Assembly (NCBI GenBank): GCA_963822945.1
Contig: CAWGJO010000004.1
Coordinates: 32,001 to 96,000 of the forward strand
Origin: an uncultured Gemmatimonadaceae bacterium
GTDB lineage: Bacteria > Gemmatimonadota > Gemmatimonadetes > Gemmatimonadales > Gemmatimonadaceae
Length of the DNA: 64,000 nt
Direction of reading: 5' to 3'
In this document: positions 22,558 to 32,399 of the stretch, in pieces
Numbering within the stretch: position 1 is the first letter of the stretch
How the letters are laid out: every line of letters begins with the position of its first letter
Notes under the pieces: model-generated
What the model was told of the DNA's origin: nothing
Seen by the model: only the letters and a program-made list of their open reading frames with translations
The model's database searches: none
Made by a program: the position numbers and the translations under genes

Positions 22558-22971
22558 ATGGCCACCAAGAGCGTGAAGAAGGCGAAGGGGATGACGAAGA
22601 AGCAGCTCCAGCACTTCGAGAAGCGTCTCCTCGAGGAGCGCCGCCGTGTCCTGAAGGAACTGGGACAGTACGACGAGGCCTTCGGCGCCACGCAGCAGTC
22701 GGCGGACGGCGGACTGAGCAGCTATTCGTTCCACATGGCGGATCAGGGGACCGACGCCATGGAGCGCGAGAAGGCATTCCTGTTCGCGAGCCAGGAAGGG
22801 CGGTTCCTGTGGCACATCGACGAAGCGATCCGGCGGCTGTACCGCGCGCCGGAGAGCTACGGCCACTGTCATTCCTGCGGCAACCTGATCGGCTTCGAGC
22901 GCCTCGATGCACTGCCGCACGCGCGCTACTGCATCGAATGCAAACAGCGTGAGGAAGATGGCAAGAAATAA
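22558..22971 (+). CDS. dksA: TraR/DksA C4-type zinc finger protein
   Basis: Coiled coil with HMADQGTD tip; CHSC...ERLDALP..RYCIEC. Confidence 0.88.
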   Translation: MATKSVKKAKGMTKKQLQHFEKRLLEERRRVLKELGQYDEAFGATQQSADGGLSSYSFHMADQGTDAMEREKAFLFASQEGRFLWHIDEAIRRLYRAPESYGHCHSCGNLIGFERLDALPHARYCIECKQREEDGKK

Positions 22972-23500
22972 GGCCCTGCTGTTCTGGCCGGTGCTGCTTG
23001 CGGTGACGGTGAGCGATGCCGTCACCAAGGCGCTGGCCCAGCGCTGGCTGCCCCTGCCGGATCTGCCGCACGAGGTGCTCGGCAACACGGTGCGGTTCAC
23101 GCTCGTGTACAACCCCGGCGCGGCGTTCGGCATCAACTTCGGCGGCTATTCCCGCTGGATCTTCATGGCGCTGACCGTCGTCGCCCTGCTGATCCTGGCG
23201 CGGCTGTACGCCGGCACGCGGCACGGCAACGGGCCGCGCACGCTGGCCCTCGCCCTCGTCTGCGGTGGGGCACTCGGCAACCTCATGGACCGCGTGTGGT
23301 CGCCCATGGGTGTGGTCGACTTCATCGACATCGGGCTGCGCGGCGCGCGCTGGCCCACGTTCAACGTCGCCGACCTGGCGGTGAGCGTCGGCGCGGTGCT
23401 GCTGGCGATCGTGCTCTGGGGCGAGGACCGCGACGCCGTCGCGGCGGCGCGCCGCGTTTCGTCGCCACTCCGCGAACCCTCCGCGGGCGAGCTCTCCTGA
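22958..23500 (+). CDS. lspA: lipoprotein signal peptidase II, copy 1
   Basis: NPGAAFG, GALGNLMDR, VVDFID, FNVAD. Confidence 0.93.
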   Translation: MARNKALLFWPVLLAVTVSDAVTKALAQRWLPLPDLPHEVLGNTVRFTLVYNPGAAFGINFGGYSRWIFMALTVVALLILARLYAGTRHGNGPRTLALALVCGGALGNLMDRVWSPMGVVDFIDIGLRGARWPTFNVADLAVSVGAVLLAIVLWGEDRDAVAAARRVSSPLREPSAGELS

Positions 23501-23510
23501 CTCCCGGCTC

Positions 23511-24011
23511 ATGACCAGCGAATCCTCCAACGGCCGCCTGTTCTGGACCGCCGCCGTGAGCGTCGTGGTGCTCGACGTGATCACCAAGACGCTGGCCGTG
23601 AAGTATCTGACGCCCTATGTCGCGCGCGACGTGCTGGGTTCCTTCGGCCGCCTGACGCTCGCCTACAATCGGGGCGCGGCATTCAGCATGTCCCTCGGCG
23701 CGTATTCGCGCGTGGCGTTCGGCACCTTCGCGGCATTGGCCCTGGTGGTGCTGTGGTGGATGCACCGCGACGCGAAGCCGGGCGAACGCCTGAAGGTGAT
23801 CGGGCTCGGCCTGGCCTGGGGCGGCGCCGCCGGCAACCTCATCGACCGCATTCGCTCCCCCCGCGGCGTGGTGGACTTCATCGACCTCGGCGTCGGATCG
23901 GTTCGGTTCTGGACGTTCAACGTGGCCGATTCCGGGGTCACGATCGGCGCCTGCATGCTGGCCATCGCGCTCTGGATGGAAGAGCGGCACCGGCTGCAAT
24001 CGCGTGAGTGA
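23511..24011 (+). CDS. lspA: lipoprotein signal peptidase II, copy 2
   Basis: NRGAAFS, GAAGNLIDR, VVDFID, FNVAD. Confidence 0.93.
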   Translation: MTSESSNGRLFWTAAVSVVVLDVITKTLAVKYLTPYVARDVLGSFGRLTLAYNRGAAFSMSLGAYSRVAFGTFAALALVVLWWMHRDAKPGERLKVIGLGLAWGGAAGNLIDRIRSPRGVVDFIDLGVGSVRFWTFNVADSGVTIGACMLAIALWMEERHRLQSRE

Positions 24012-24993
24012 GCGCGCCCCGCGCCACGAACGCTTCGAGGCAGCCCCCGGGGCGCCGCGCCTGGACCTGCTGGTCGCCAGCCAACTCGATATCTCCCGCA
24101 ACCAGGCCGCCACGCTGATCGCCGAGGGCCATGTGCTCGTGCAGGGACGGCGCCAGAAGGCCAGCTTCCGCGCCGACCCCGGCATGTGGGTCGAGGTCAC
24201 GGTGCCCGCGCCACCCTCGCGCGACGTGCTGGCGGAGCAGATTCCCCTGATCGTCGCCTACGAAGACGACGATGTGTTGGTGATCGACAAGCCGGCCGGC
24301 ATGGTCGTGCATCCCGCGCCGGGCAACTGGACGGGCACCCTCGTGAACGCCCTCAAGGGACGTGGGGGGGAGCTGGCGGACGGGGGCGACGCCGAGCGGG
24401 CGGGGATCGTGCACCGGCTCGACAAGGAAACGTCGGGACTCCTGCTCGTGGCCAAGACCGATCGTGCCCATCGCGTGCTCGGCGCCGCGCTCCAGCGGCG
24501 GGAGATCACGAGGCGGTACGCGGCCCTCTGCTGGGGGCATCTGTCCGCCGACCGCCTGGAGGTGGACAAGCCGGTGGCACGGGATCCGAACGACCGCAAA
24601 CGGATGGCGGTGGTCGCCGGCGGGCGCGAGGCCAGGACCCTGTTCTACCGGCTGGCGCGATTCGACGCCGTCGACCTGCTGCGCGCCCACCTCTTCACCG
24701 GGCGCACGCACCAGATCCGCGTCCACCTGGCGTCGATCGGGCACCCCGTGGTGGGCGACGACACGTACGGGGGCGGGGGAGGGCGGCGACTGGTTTCACT
24801 GCCGCCCAAACGGCATTTTCTCCACGCAGCCTGGTTGGCCTTCCGGCATCCGGTGACCGGAACGCCGGTCGAATTGCGCTCGCCTCTGCCCGACGACCTG
24901 CGGACGGCGGTCGTGGCCGCCGCCGGCCGTGACGCCACCTTCGGAGACGGTGACCCGCTGGAATATTTCGGCTTCTTCCGCGTCGATGACTGA
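24004..24993 (+). CDS. rluD: RluA/RluD family pseudouridine synthase
   Basis: S4 domain, DKPAGMVVHP, IVHRLDKETSG, TGRTHQIRVH. Confidence 0.92.
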   Translation: MSERAPRHERFEAAPGAPRLDLLVASQLDISRNQAATLIAEGHVLVQGRRQKASFRADPGMWVEVTVPAPPSRDVLAEQIPLIVAYEDDDVLVIDKPAGMVVHPAPGNWTGTLVNALKGRGGELADGGDAERAGIVHRLDKETSGLLLVAKTDRAHRVLGAALQRREITRRYAALCWGHLSADRLEVDKPVARDPNDRKRMAVVAGGREARTLFYRLARFDAVDLLRAHLFTGRTHQIRVHLASIGHPVVGDDTYGGGGGRRLVSLPPKRHFLHAAWLAFRHPVTGTPVELRSPLPDDLRTAVVAAAGRDATFGDGDPLEYFGFFRVDD

Positions 24994-25405
24994 GCCTGCC
25001 GAGCTACGGACGCTGTTGTTCCGCGTGGGGACCGTCGTGTACGGCTGCGACATCGCCGCCGTCCGCGAGATCGTCCCGGTCCGCACGGCCACCCGGTTGC
25101 CGGGAACGCCACCCTACGTGGACGGGCTGATCAACCTGCGGGGGACCATCCTCACGGTGATCGACCTGGGGGCGCGGATGGAGGGCCGCCGGTCGTCCAA
25201 CGAGGAGGGGTCGGTGATCATCGTCCAGGTCGGGGGGCGCCATCTGGGCCTGGTGGTCGGCGACGTCATGGATGTGATGCAGATGCGGGTCGACCCACCC
25301 CCCGAGGACCGGGGCGATGACGTGGTGCAGGGGCTGGGACATCTGGGCGACACAGTCGTCATAATAGTTGATATCCCGGCGTTGGTAGGGCAGGTGTTGC
25401 TTTGA
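24986..25405 (+). CDS. cheW: chemotaxis adaptor CheW (1)
   Basis: VREIV, TRLPGTPPYVDGLINLRGTILTVIDL; ATG overlaps the rluD end. Confidence 0.88.
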   Translation: MTEPAELRTLLFRVGTVVYGCDIAAVREIVPVRTATRLPGTPPYVDGLINLRGTILTVIDLGARMEGRRSSNEEGSVIIVQVGGRHLGLVVGDVMDVMQMRVDPPPEDRGDDVVQGLGHLGDTVVIIVDIPALVGQVLL

Positions 25406-25408
25406 CTT

Positions 25409-25468
25409 TCGGTAGGTCGGTAGGTCGGTAGGTCGGTAGGTCGGTAGGTCGGTAGGTCGGTAGGTCGG
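25409..25468 (+). repeat. perfect octamer tandem repeat (TCGGTAGG)x7.5
   Basis: Read directly; begins 4 nt after the cheW stop; partial reverse complement CCGACCGACCGAC at 25489-25501. Confidence 0.97.
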
Positions 25469-25584
25469 CCGCATGCCCGCCGCGCATTCCGACCGACCGA
25501 CGCACGGACAAACCGCCGGGGTCTCGGCAAGACCCAACGGGCGTATTGCGGCCCGCGACAGCTTGGTCCAGACAGGAGAAACAC

Positions 25585-25947
25585 GTGAGCCACACGGTGT
25601 TGATTTGCGACGATGCGATTTTCATGCGGACGATGGTGGGAGACATCCTGCAGTCGGCCGGGTTCGAGATCGTGGGAGAGGCCGAGACGGGGTTGCAGGC
25701 GGTGGAGAAGTACAAGCAGCTGCGGCCGGACCTCGTGACGATGGACATCGTGATGCCCGACATGGGCGGCATCGACGCCGTGCGAGAGATCATGCAGTTC
25801 GATTCGCAGGCGAAGATTCTCATGTGCAGCGCGATGGGGCAGCAGGCGTTGGTGGTCGAGGCCATCCAGGCCGGGGCCAAGGACTTCGTCGTCAAGCCGT
25901 TCCAGCCTAGCCGCGTGCTCGAAGCCGTGCAGCGCGTTCTGAGATAG
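25585..25947 (+). CDS. cheY: single-domain response regulator CheY
   Basis: SD AGGAG then GTG; DDAIFMR, DLVTMDIVMP, MCSAMGQQ, KDFVVKPF. Confidence 0.93.
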   Translation: MSHTVLICDDAIFMRTMVGDILQSAGFEIVGEAETGLQAVEKYKQLRPDLVTMDIVMPDMGGIDAVREIMQFDSQAKILMCSAMGQQALVVEAIQAGAKDFVVKPFQPSRVLEAVQRVLR

Positions 25948-25955
25948 TCGGAGCG

Positions 25956-27929
25956 TTGGATACCTCACCGTACGCCGAGCTATTCCTCACCGAAAGCCGC
26001 GAACACGTTTCGGCGGTGAATCACTGGCTGTTGGAGTTGGAGCGTGGCGCCGGCGGGGACGAGCCGGTCCGCGAGCTCTTCCGCGCGGTGCACACGGTGA
26101 AGGGGATGAGTGCCACGATGGGGTACGCCGTCGTGGCGGAATTGTCGCACGAGATGGAGACCCTGCTCGATCGGGTCCGGCACCGGACCATGGAGATCAC
26201 GCCGGAGGTGATGGACGTGCTGTTTCGCGCCGCTGACGTGCTCGAGCAAGCCGTGGAGGCGTCGGTGGCCGGACGGCTGGACGACGTGCATCCCGAGGGG
26301 GTGCTCGATCGGCTGCGGGCCATGGGGCGCGCCACGCCGCGCGCGTCGGCCGCCATCGCGAGCCTGCCGTTGGACGAGCACCTGTGGACGGTGCCGGCTC
26401 CGGACGGCCAGGGCACGGTGGTGCGTGTGCGGCTGGCGCGAGAAGCGCCGTTGCGCGGCGTGCGGGCCTTTCTCATCGTCCAGCAGCTCGAGGCGCTGGG
26501 CACGGTCACCGGTGTGTCGCCATCGCTGGAGGCCCTGCAGGGCGACCGGTTCGAGTTCGACTTCGCGGTGCGCGTGCGGACCAAGGTGGCGGCGCAGGAG
26601 CTGGAGCGCGTCGTACGGGCTGCCGGCGACGTGATGCTGGTGGCCGTCGAGGGCGCCCCGGGGTTCGGGGCCGCTCCCGCGACGCCGGAGGAGCGCCCCT
26701 CGGGGCTGCTCGCCGCCGTCGAGAGCGCGGACGCCGAGGAGCCGCCGGCGAACGGCGACGCGCCGGCGCCGCCGGCCGCGCCGATCCGCGCCCCCCGCCA
26801 CGTCCGGGTGGACCAGCGCCGCCTGGATGCCCTGATGAACCTGATCGGCGAGCTGGTGATCGCCCGCGGCCGCCTGCTGCAGATCGGCGGCCGGCTGGCC
26901 GATCCCGCGCTCGACGAGACGCTGGCGCAGGCATCGCGATTGATCGCCGATTTGCGCGACGAGATCGTCACGAGCCGCATGGTGCCGGTGTGGCAGGTGT
27001 TCGACCGGTTTCCGCGCCTCGTGCGCGACGCCGCCCGCGGGCTGGACAAGGAGATCGACTTCTCGATCGAGGGCAAGGACATCGAACTCGACCGTTCGAT
27101 GCTCGACGAGATCGGCGATCCGATCGTGCACCTGCTGCGGAACGCCGTGGACCACGGCGTGGAGACCCCGGACGAGCGGGCGCGCCTGGGCAAGCCGCCG
27201 GCAGGCCGGCTCGTGCTCTCGGCGGTGCGCGATCGATCGGCGGTCGTCATCAAGGTGAGCGACGACGGGCGGGGCATCGACCGGGCGCGTGTGCTGGAGA
27301 AGGCGAAGGCGGCGGGGTTCGTGGACGCGAGCCGGACCGACCTCAGCGACGAGGAGCTGGTGCGGCTCGTCGCGCGCCCCGGCTTCTCGACGGCCGACCA
27401 GGTGACCGGGCTCTCGGGACGGGGCGTGGGGGTGGACGCGGTGATCTCCCGGGTGCGGGCGCTGGGTGGCTCGGTGGACATCAAGACGCAGGCGGGGCTC
27501 GGGACCACGGTCACGCTCCGGCTGCCCCTGACGCTGGCCATTCTCCGGGCGCTGATGTCGCGGGTGGCGGACGAGGTCTACGCGGTGCCGATGGCGCATG
27601 TGTGCGAGACGGTGGAACTGGCGGCCGAACGGCTGCGGACGCTGCGTGGCCGCGAGGTGATCACGGTGCGCGACGACGTGTTGCCGCTCCTGCGGCTCCG
27701 TGACATCGTGGGCCTGCCGCGGCGCGAGGCGGATGCGCGCGAGCACGTCGTCGTGCTGGAACTGGCGGACCGGCGGGCCGGACTGGTGGTGGATGGGTTG
27801 GCCGGGCAGCAGGAGATCGTGGTCAAGCAGTACGATCCGGTGCGGACACAGGTGCAGGCGTTCAGCGGCGCGACGATTCTCGGGGACGGTGCCCCGGCGC
27901 TGATCCTCGACGTGGGCAGTCTCTCCTGA
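25956..27929 (+). CDS. cheA: chemotaxis histidine kinase CheA (P1-P5)
   Basis: FRAVHTVKG, LMNLIGELVI, HLLRNAVDHG, DDGRGID, GRGVGVD, GATILGDG. Confidence 0.95.
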   Translation: MDTSPYAELFLTESREHVSAVNHWLLELERGAGGDEPVRELFRAVHTVKGMSATMGYAVVAELSHEMETLLDRVRHRTMEITPEVMDVLFRAADVLEQAVEASVAGRLDDVHPEGVLDRLRAMGRATPRASAAIASLPLDEHLWTVPAPDGQGTVVRVRLAREAPLRGVRAFLIVQQLEALGTVTGVSPSLEALQGDRFEFDFAVRVRTKVAAQELERVVRAAGDVMLVAVEGAPGFGAAPATPEERPSGLLAAVESADAEEPPANGDAPAPPAAPIRAPRHVRVDQRRLDALMNLIGELVIARGRLLQIGGRLADPALDETLAQASRLIADLRDEIVTSRMVPVWQVFDRFPRLVRDAARGLDKEIDFSIEGKDIELDRSMLDEIGDPIVHLLRNAVDHGVETPDERARLGKPPAGRLVLSAVRDRSAVVIKVSDDGRGIDRARVLEKAKAAGFVDASRTDLSDEELVRLVARPGFSTADQVTGLSGRGVGVDAVISRVRALGGSVDIKTQAGLGTTVTLRLPLTLAILRALMSRVADEVYAVPMAHVCETVELAAERLRTLRGREVITVRDDVLPLLRLRDIVGLPRREADAREHVVVLELADRRAGLVVDGLAGQQEIVVKQYDPVRTQVQAFSGATILGDGAPALILDVGSLS

Positions 27930-27941
27930 GGGAGCATTTCC

Positions 27942-28562
27942 ATGGAAGAGCTTCATTCCCTGAAGGCGCTGCAGTTGGATGCCCTGCGCGAGGTGGCCAA
28001 CATCGGCGCCGGGCATGCGGCGACGGCTCTCTCGCAGATGGTCGGCGGCACGATCATGATCAGCGTGCCGCGCATCAACATCCAGCGGCTCGACGCCATC
28101 GCCCCGATGGTGGCGGCCCCCGACGAGCCGGTCGCGGCGGTGCTGCTGCACATTCTGGGCGACCTGTCGGGCCGGACGCTCCTCGTGTTCCCCAAGGCGG
28201 CGGCGCTCCAGTTGGCCGAGGTGATGCTGCACCGGCCGAGCGGGTCGTCGACGGAGCTCGGGGAACTGGAGCAGTCGGCGATCAAGGAAGCCGGCAACAT
28301 TCTCAGCAGCGCGTACATGAACGCGCTCAGCGAATTCATGGGCATGCTCCTGCTGCCGTCGCCGCCGGCGCTCGCGGTGGACATGTCGGCGGCCGTCCTC
28401 ACCACGGCCTATCTGCAGTTCGGCACGAGCCGGGATTACGTGTTCTGCGTGGAGAGCGACTTCATGCTCCAGGGCGAGGCGGACCGCCTGCGCGGCTTCT
28501 TCCTGCTGCTGCCCGACCCGGCATCGTTGCAGGCCATTCTGCGCGCCATTCGCGTGACGTGA
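27942..28562 (+). CDS. cheC: CheY-P phosphatase CheC
   Basis: Two active-site repeats DALREVANIG and SAIKEAGNIL. Confidence 0.92.
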   Translation: MEELHSLKALQLDALREVANIGAGHAATALSQMVGGTIMISVPRINIQRLDAIAPMVAAPDEPVAAVLLHILGDLSGRTLLVFPKAAALQLAEVMLHRPSGSSTELGELEQSAIKEAGNILSSAYMNALSEFMGMLLLPSPPALAVDMSAAVLTTAYLQFGTSRDYVFCVESDFMLQGEADRLRGFFLLLPDPASLQAILRAIRVT

Positions 28563-28563
28563 T

Positions 28564-31254
28564 ATGGCCGCTTCGTCCCCTGGTTCCGACCACGACCGCG
28601 AGATTCTGAGGTCGTTTGCCCGACGGATCGACCCGTCGGACGCCGGCGCGCACAACAACCTGGGGGTGTTGTACTTCAACAAGGGACTGCACGAGGAAGC
28701 CGTGCAGGCCTTCATGCGGGCGCTGGAACTCGATCCCCGCATGGAAGTGGCCCAACGCAACATCGAGATCGCCTACTTCAACACCGGCTACTACGACCGG
28801 CGTGTCCCCGAGTTGCAGGAGCGGGTGCGCCGCGAACCGGCGGATCGGGACGCGCGGTGGGAGTTGGCCCGCACGTACGCGCTGCTCGGCGAGCATCAGC
28901 AGGCCGTGGAGGAGTTCTCGGCGCTGCTCGCGCACACGCCCGACGACGTGGGCGCGATCCTGCAGTTGGGGCTCGCCGAACGCGCGCTCGGCCACACCGA
29001 GCAGGCGCAGCAGTGGCTGGAGCGGGCGCGAGACCTCGACCCCGACAGTTCGCTGGTCCACTTCTATCTCGGCGAGGTGGCGTACAATCGCGGGCTCAAC
29101 GACGACGCGCTGGCGTCGCTGGAAATGGCGCTGGCCCTCAATCCCGACAACTACGACGCGCTCTACCTGATGGGATTCGTGCTCGGCGACATGGGGCGGC
29201 AGGAGGAGGCCCGGGCGCTGACCAACCGCGCCATCAAGCTCAATCCTACGCTGTCGCGCGCGCAGGCGAATCTCTCCATCGACCAGAACAAGCCGGAGCG
29301 CTACGAGGCGTTGGTCGGCGGACGCCGGTCGCATCGCATGGAGGTGTCCCCCGACGGCCAGCTGGCGCACTACAACCTCGGGCTCGCCTTCCGGCAGAAG
29401 GGATACTACCCCGAGGCGCTGCGCGAGTACCGCCTCGCGCTCGACCGTGGCGAGGACGAGGACCTCGTGCGGCAGGCGATGGCCGAGGTGCACCTGGTGA
29501 GTGGCGACGTGAGCGCGGCGCTGGCGCTCTACGACCGCCTCCTCGAGCGGATGCCCGCGAGCCCCAAGCTCTGGAACGAGCGCGGCGTCGCGTTGCACCA
29601 GGACGGGCGCGCGGCCGAGGCGGAGGAGAGCTATCGCCGCGCCATCGCCGCCGACCGGCGCTACGCGCTGGCCCACAACAATCTGGGGGTCGCGCTCGGG
29701 CAGTCGGGAGACGGGGACGCCGCCCTCGCCGAGTTCCGCGCGGCCCTGGACGGGCGGCCCGACCTCGTGAAGGCCCGGCTGAACCTCGCGCTGCTACTCT
29801 ACAAGGCGAAGCGGCTGCCGATGGCGCTCGAGGCGTATCGCCAGGTGCTGGCCACCGAACCGGAACATCCGGCGGCCTGGAACGGCGCCGGCGTGGTGCT
29901 CGCCGATTTTCAGAAGTTCGAGGACGCGCGGAACGCCTTCGCGCGGGCCATCCAGGCCCGGCCGCAGTATGCCGAGGCGCACTACAACCTGAGCTTCTGT
30001 CTCTCGAATCTGGGCGATTTCGAGGGTGCGTTGCGCGAGACCAAGCTGGCGCTGGAAATGGAGCCGTACTACATGGGACAGAAGTTCGAGCTCGCCATCG
30101 ACCTGCAGTACGAAGACCCGGATCTCTCCATTCAGCCCGACCTGGGCGGCGAGGCCCATACGGCAGACGCGATCGAGGCGTTCGACTTCGACGCCGGCCT
30201 ACTGGACTCCGTGTTCACGCAACTGGCGCCGGCGCCGGGGCCGCTGCCGCAGGTGGAGACGGACCCGTACAAGATGGCTGGCGACTTCCTGTCCAAGGGG
30301 CTCGTCGAACGGGCCCAGATGGAGGTGCGGCGGGCGCTGGCCCAGGGCGCCGACTGCGTGGCCGGCAATGTGCTGCTCGGCCAGACGTTCATGCGACAGG
30401 GGGTGTACGGGGAGGCGCTGGAGCGCTTCCGCGAAGCACGCCGCACCGCGCCCGACGACCCCGTGGCGATGCAAGGCGAGGCGCGCTGTCTGCTCAACCT
30501 CGGGCAGGGGGCGGCGGCGCTGCCCCTCGTCGAGAAGCTGGTGCTGCACGCCTCGGAAGACATCGACACGCTGATGCTCGCGGCCGGCGTCCGCGCCGCG
30601 GCGGGCGACCCCGCCGCAGCGCTGGCCACGCTCGACGCCGCCCGACGCGTGGCGCCGATGCGGGCCGACGTGCATCGCGAAATGGGCGACATCGCCCGGC
30701 GGCTGGGCGACCTGGAAGGCGCGATCATCAACTATCGCGACGCGCTGGCGCTCGATCCGCAGTTCGCCGGTGTGCGCTACGAACTGGCGCACCTGCTGAT
30801 CGAGAAACGACAGCTGGCCGCGGCGGAGTACGAACTGCTCTCGGCGCTGGAGACGGTGCCCACATACGCCCAGGCGACGCTGGAACTGGCCCGGCTGCGT
30901 CGCATGACCGGGCGGGCCGACTCGGCGCTGCCGCTGCTCATCGATCTCCTGCAGCGCGACCCGTACCACTTCGACGCCCTGATCGCGCTCGGGGAGACGC
31001 TGCTCGCGCTCGGGCGCAAGGAGGACGCGGTCACGGCGTTCGCCCGCGTACTCCGCTTCGATCCTCACCACGTGGGCGCCCTGTACCACGAAGGCGTCCT
31101 GTTCGCCGAACGCCGCCACTTTCGAGAGGCCATCGACCGGTGGGAGCGGGTGCGGACGCTGGCGCCGGCCACCGACTACGCCCGCCGGGCCCGCCGCGAG
31201 ATCCGCTCGGCCACCGACCTGCAACGCATCTTCGCTGAACGCGCAACCACCTGA
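28564..31254 (+). CDS. large cytoplasmic TPR-repeat protein (896 aa)
   Basis: Many TPR units (AHNNLGV, AHYNLG, A..LDP); no signal peptide seen. Confidence 0.88.
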   Translation: MAASSPGSDHDREILRSFARRIDPSDAGAHNNLGVLYFNKGLHEEAVQAFMRALELDPRMEVAQRNIEIAYFNTGYYDRRVPELQERVRREPADRDARWELARTYALLGEHQQAVEEFSALLAHTPDDVGAILQLGLAERALGHTEQAQQWLERARDLDPDSSLVHFYLGEVAYNRGLNDDALASLEMALALNPDNYDALYLMGFVLGDMGRQEEARALTNRAIKLNPTLSRAQANLSIDQNKPERYEALVGGRRSHRMEVSPDGQLAHYNLGLAFRQKGYYPEALREYRLALDRGEDEDLVRQAMAEVHLVSGDVSAALALYDRLLERMPASPKLWNERGVALHQDGRAAEAEESYRRAIAADRRYALAHNNLGVALGQSGDGDAALAEFRAALDGRPDLVKARLNLALLLYKAKRLPMALEAYRQVLATEPEHPAAWNGAGVVLADFQKFEDARNAFARAIQARPQYAEAHYNLSFCLSNLGDFEGALRETKLALEMEPYYMGQKFELAIDLQYEDPDLSIQPDLGGEAHTADAIEAFDFDAGLLDSVFTQLAPAPGPLPQVETDPYKMAGDFLSKGLVERAQMEVRRALAQGADCVAGNVLLGQTFMRQGVYGEALERFREARRTAPDDPVAMQGEARCLLNLGQGAAALPLVEKLVLHASEDIDTLMLAAGVRAAAGDPAAALATLDAARRVAPMRADVHREMGDIARRLGDLEGAIINYRDALALDPQFAGVRYELAHLLIEKRQLAAAEYELLSALETVPTYAQATLELARLRRMTGRADSALPLLIDLLQRDPYHFDALIALGETLLALGRKEDAVTAFARVLRFDPHHVGALYHEGVLFAERRHFREAIDRWERVRTLAPATDYARRARREIRSATDLQRIFAERATT

Positions 31255-31256
31255 CC

Positions 31257-32399
31257 ATGGCAATCGAAGGCCCCCTTCGCGAACTCGGCATTCACGACGT
31301 CTTCCAACTGCTCGATCTGAGCCGGAAGACGGGCACGCTTCGCGTGCGGTCCGAGCTGCGGGACGACGAGGGGGTGGTGCACTTCGCCAACGGCCGCGTG
31401 GTGCACGCCGGCATCCGCAGTCTGCCGACCTCGCTGGAGGGGATCCTCGTGTCGGCGGGCCGCGTCAGCGAGGCCGACGTCCAGGCGGCGCGGGAGCTGG
31501 TGGGACCCCGGGCCACGCCGGCGCAGCTCGCCGACGCCCTCGTGTCGAACGGGGCGGTGTCGCAGCGCGAAGTGGAACGGCAGGTGCGGCGGCAGATCGA
31601 ATCGGTGGTCTTCGAACTGATCTCGTGGCGCGAAGGGTTCTTCTCGTTCGAAGAGGTGGCCGCGCCCGACCTGCCCGTGGACAGCCGGATCAGCGTCTCG
31701 ACGGAATCCCTGCTCATGGAGGGGGCGCGGCGCATCGACGAGTGGTCGCGCATCGCGGACTCGGTGCCCAACCTCCAGATGGTGCCCGTGTTCGCGACGG
31801 CCGATGATGGTCAGGGCGCGCAGCTCGATCTCCTGCCGCACGAGTGGGAAGTGCTGACGATGATCGATGGAATGCGCGACCTGCGGGGCATCGCGGGCGG
31901 GCTGGGACGGAGCGAATTCGAGGTCGCCAAGATCGCCTACGGGCTGATCACCACCGGGGTGGTGGCCCTGGAGCCCCCGACGACCATACCGCGCGAGACC
32001 GAGGCGAGCCGGGAGGCCGGCGCTGAGGCGCTCCGGCGCGCGCGCGAATCGCTGGCCTGCGGCGAGTACGCGGCGGCGCTCGAGGCGGGGCGGGCCGCGG
32101 TCGAGACGCAGGGCACCGAGGCGCGGCTGGTGACCGCGCGCGCCCTCGTGAAACTGGAGCGCTACGCCGATGCCGCCGAGGAACTCCGGCGGGCCGTGTA
32201 TGCCGACCCGCTCACCGCGCGCGTGCACCTCGACCTCGGGTTCGCCGCCGTGCGCACGGGCGAGTTCGCCACCGCGCGCGCGAGTTGGGAGCACTTTTTG
32301 CGATTGGCATCCGGCGGGGCCGACGCCGCCCGCGCCCGCTCGGCACTCGACGCGCTCACCCGCCTCATGCACCTGCTGGAGGCGCACGCCGATGGCTGA
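31257..32399 (+). CDS. DUF4388 (PatA-N-like) domain plus TPR protein (1)
   Basis: IEGPLRELGIHDVFQLL..RKTGTL, WREGFFSF, SLLMEGARRIDEW, C-terminal TPRs. Confidence 0.85.
   Translation: MAIEGPLRELGIHDVFQLLDLSRKTGTLRVRSELRDDEGVVHFANGRVVHAGIRSLPTSLEGILVSAGRVSEADVQAARELVGPRATPAQLADALVSNGAVSQREVERQVRRQIESVVFELISWREGFFSFEEVAAPDLPVDSRISVSTESLLMEGARRIDEWSRIADSVPNLQMVPVFATADDGQGAQLDLLPHEWEVLTMIDGMRDLRGIAGGLGRSEFEVAKIAYGLITTGVVALEPPTTIPRETEASREAGAEALRRARESLACGEYAAALEAGRAAVETQGTEARLVTARALVKLERYADAAEELRRAVYADPLTARVHLDLGFAAVRTGEFATARASWEHFLRLASGGADAARARSALDALTRLMHLLEAHADG

Noticed and set aside
25409..25468. CRISPR array
   Set aside because: Contiguous 8-bp units with no spacers; no cas genes seen
25004..25968. 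Minus-strand ORFs encoding PTYRPTDL repeats
   Set aside because: Translation by-products of the octamer DNA repeat, overlapping cheW and cheY
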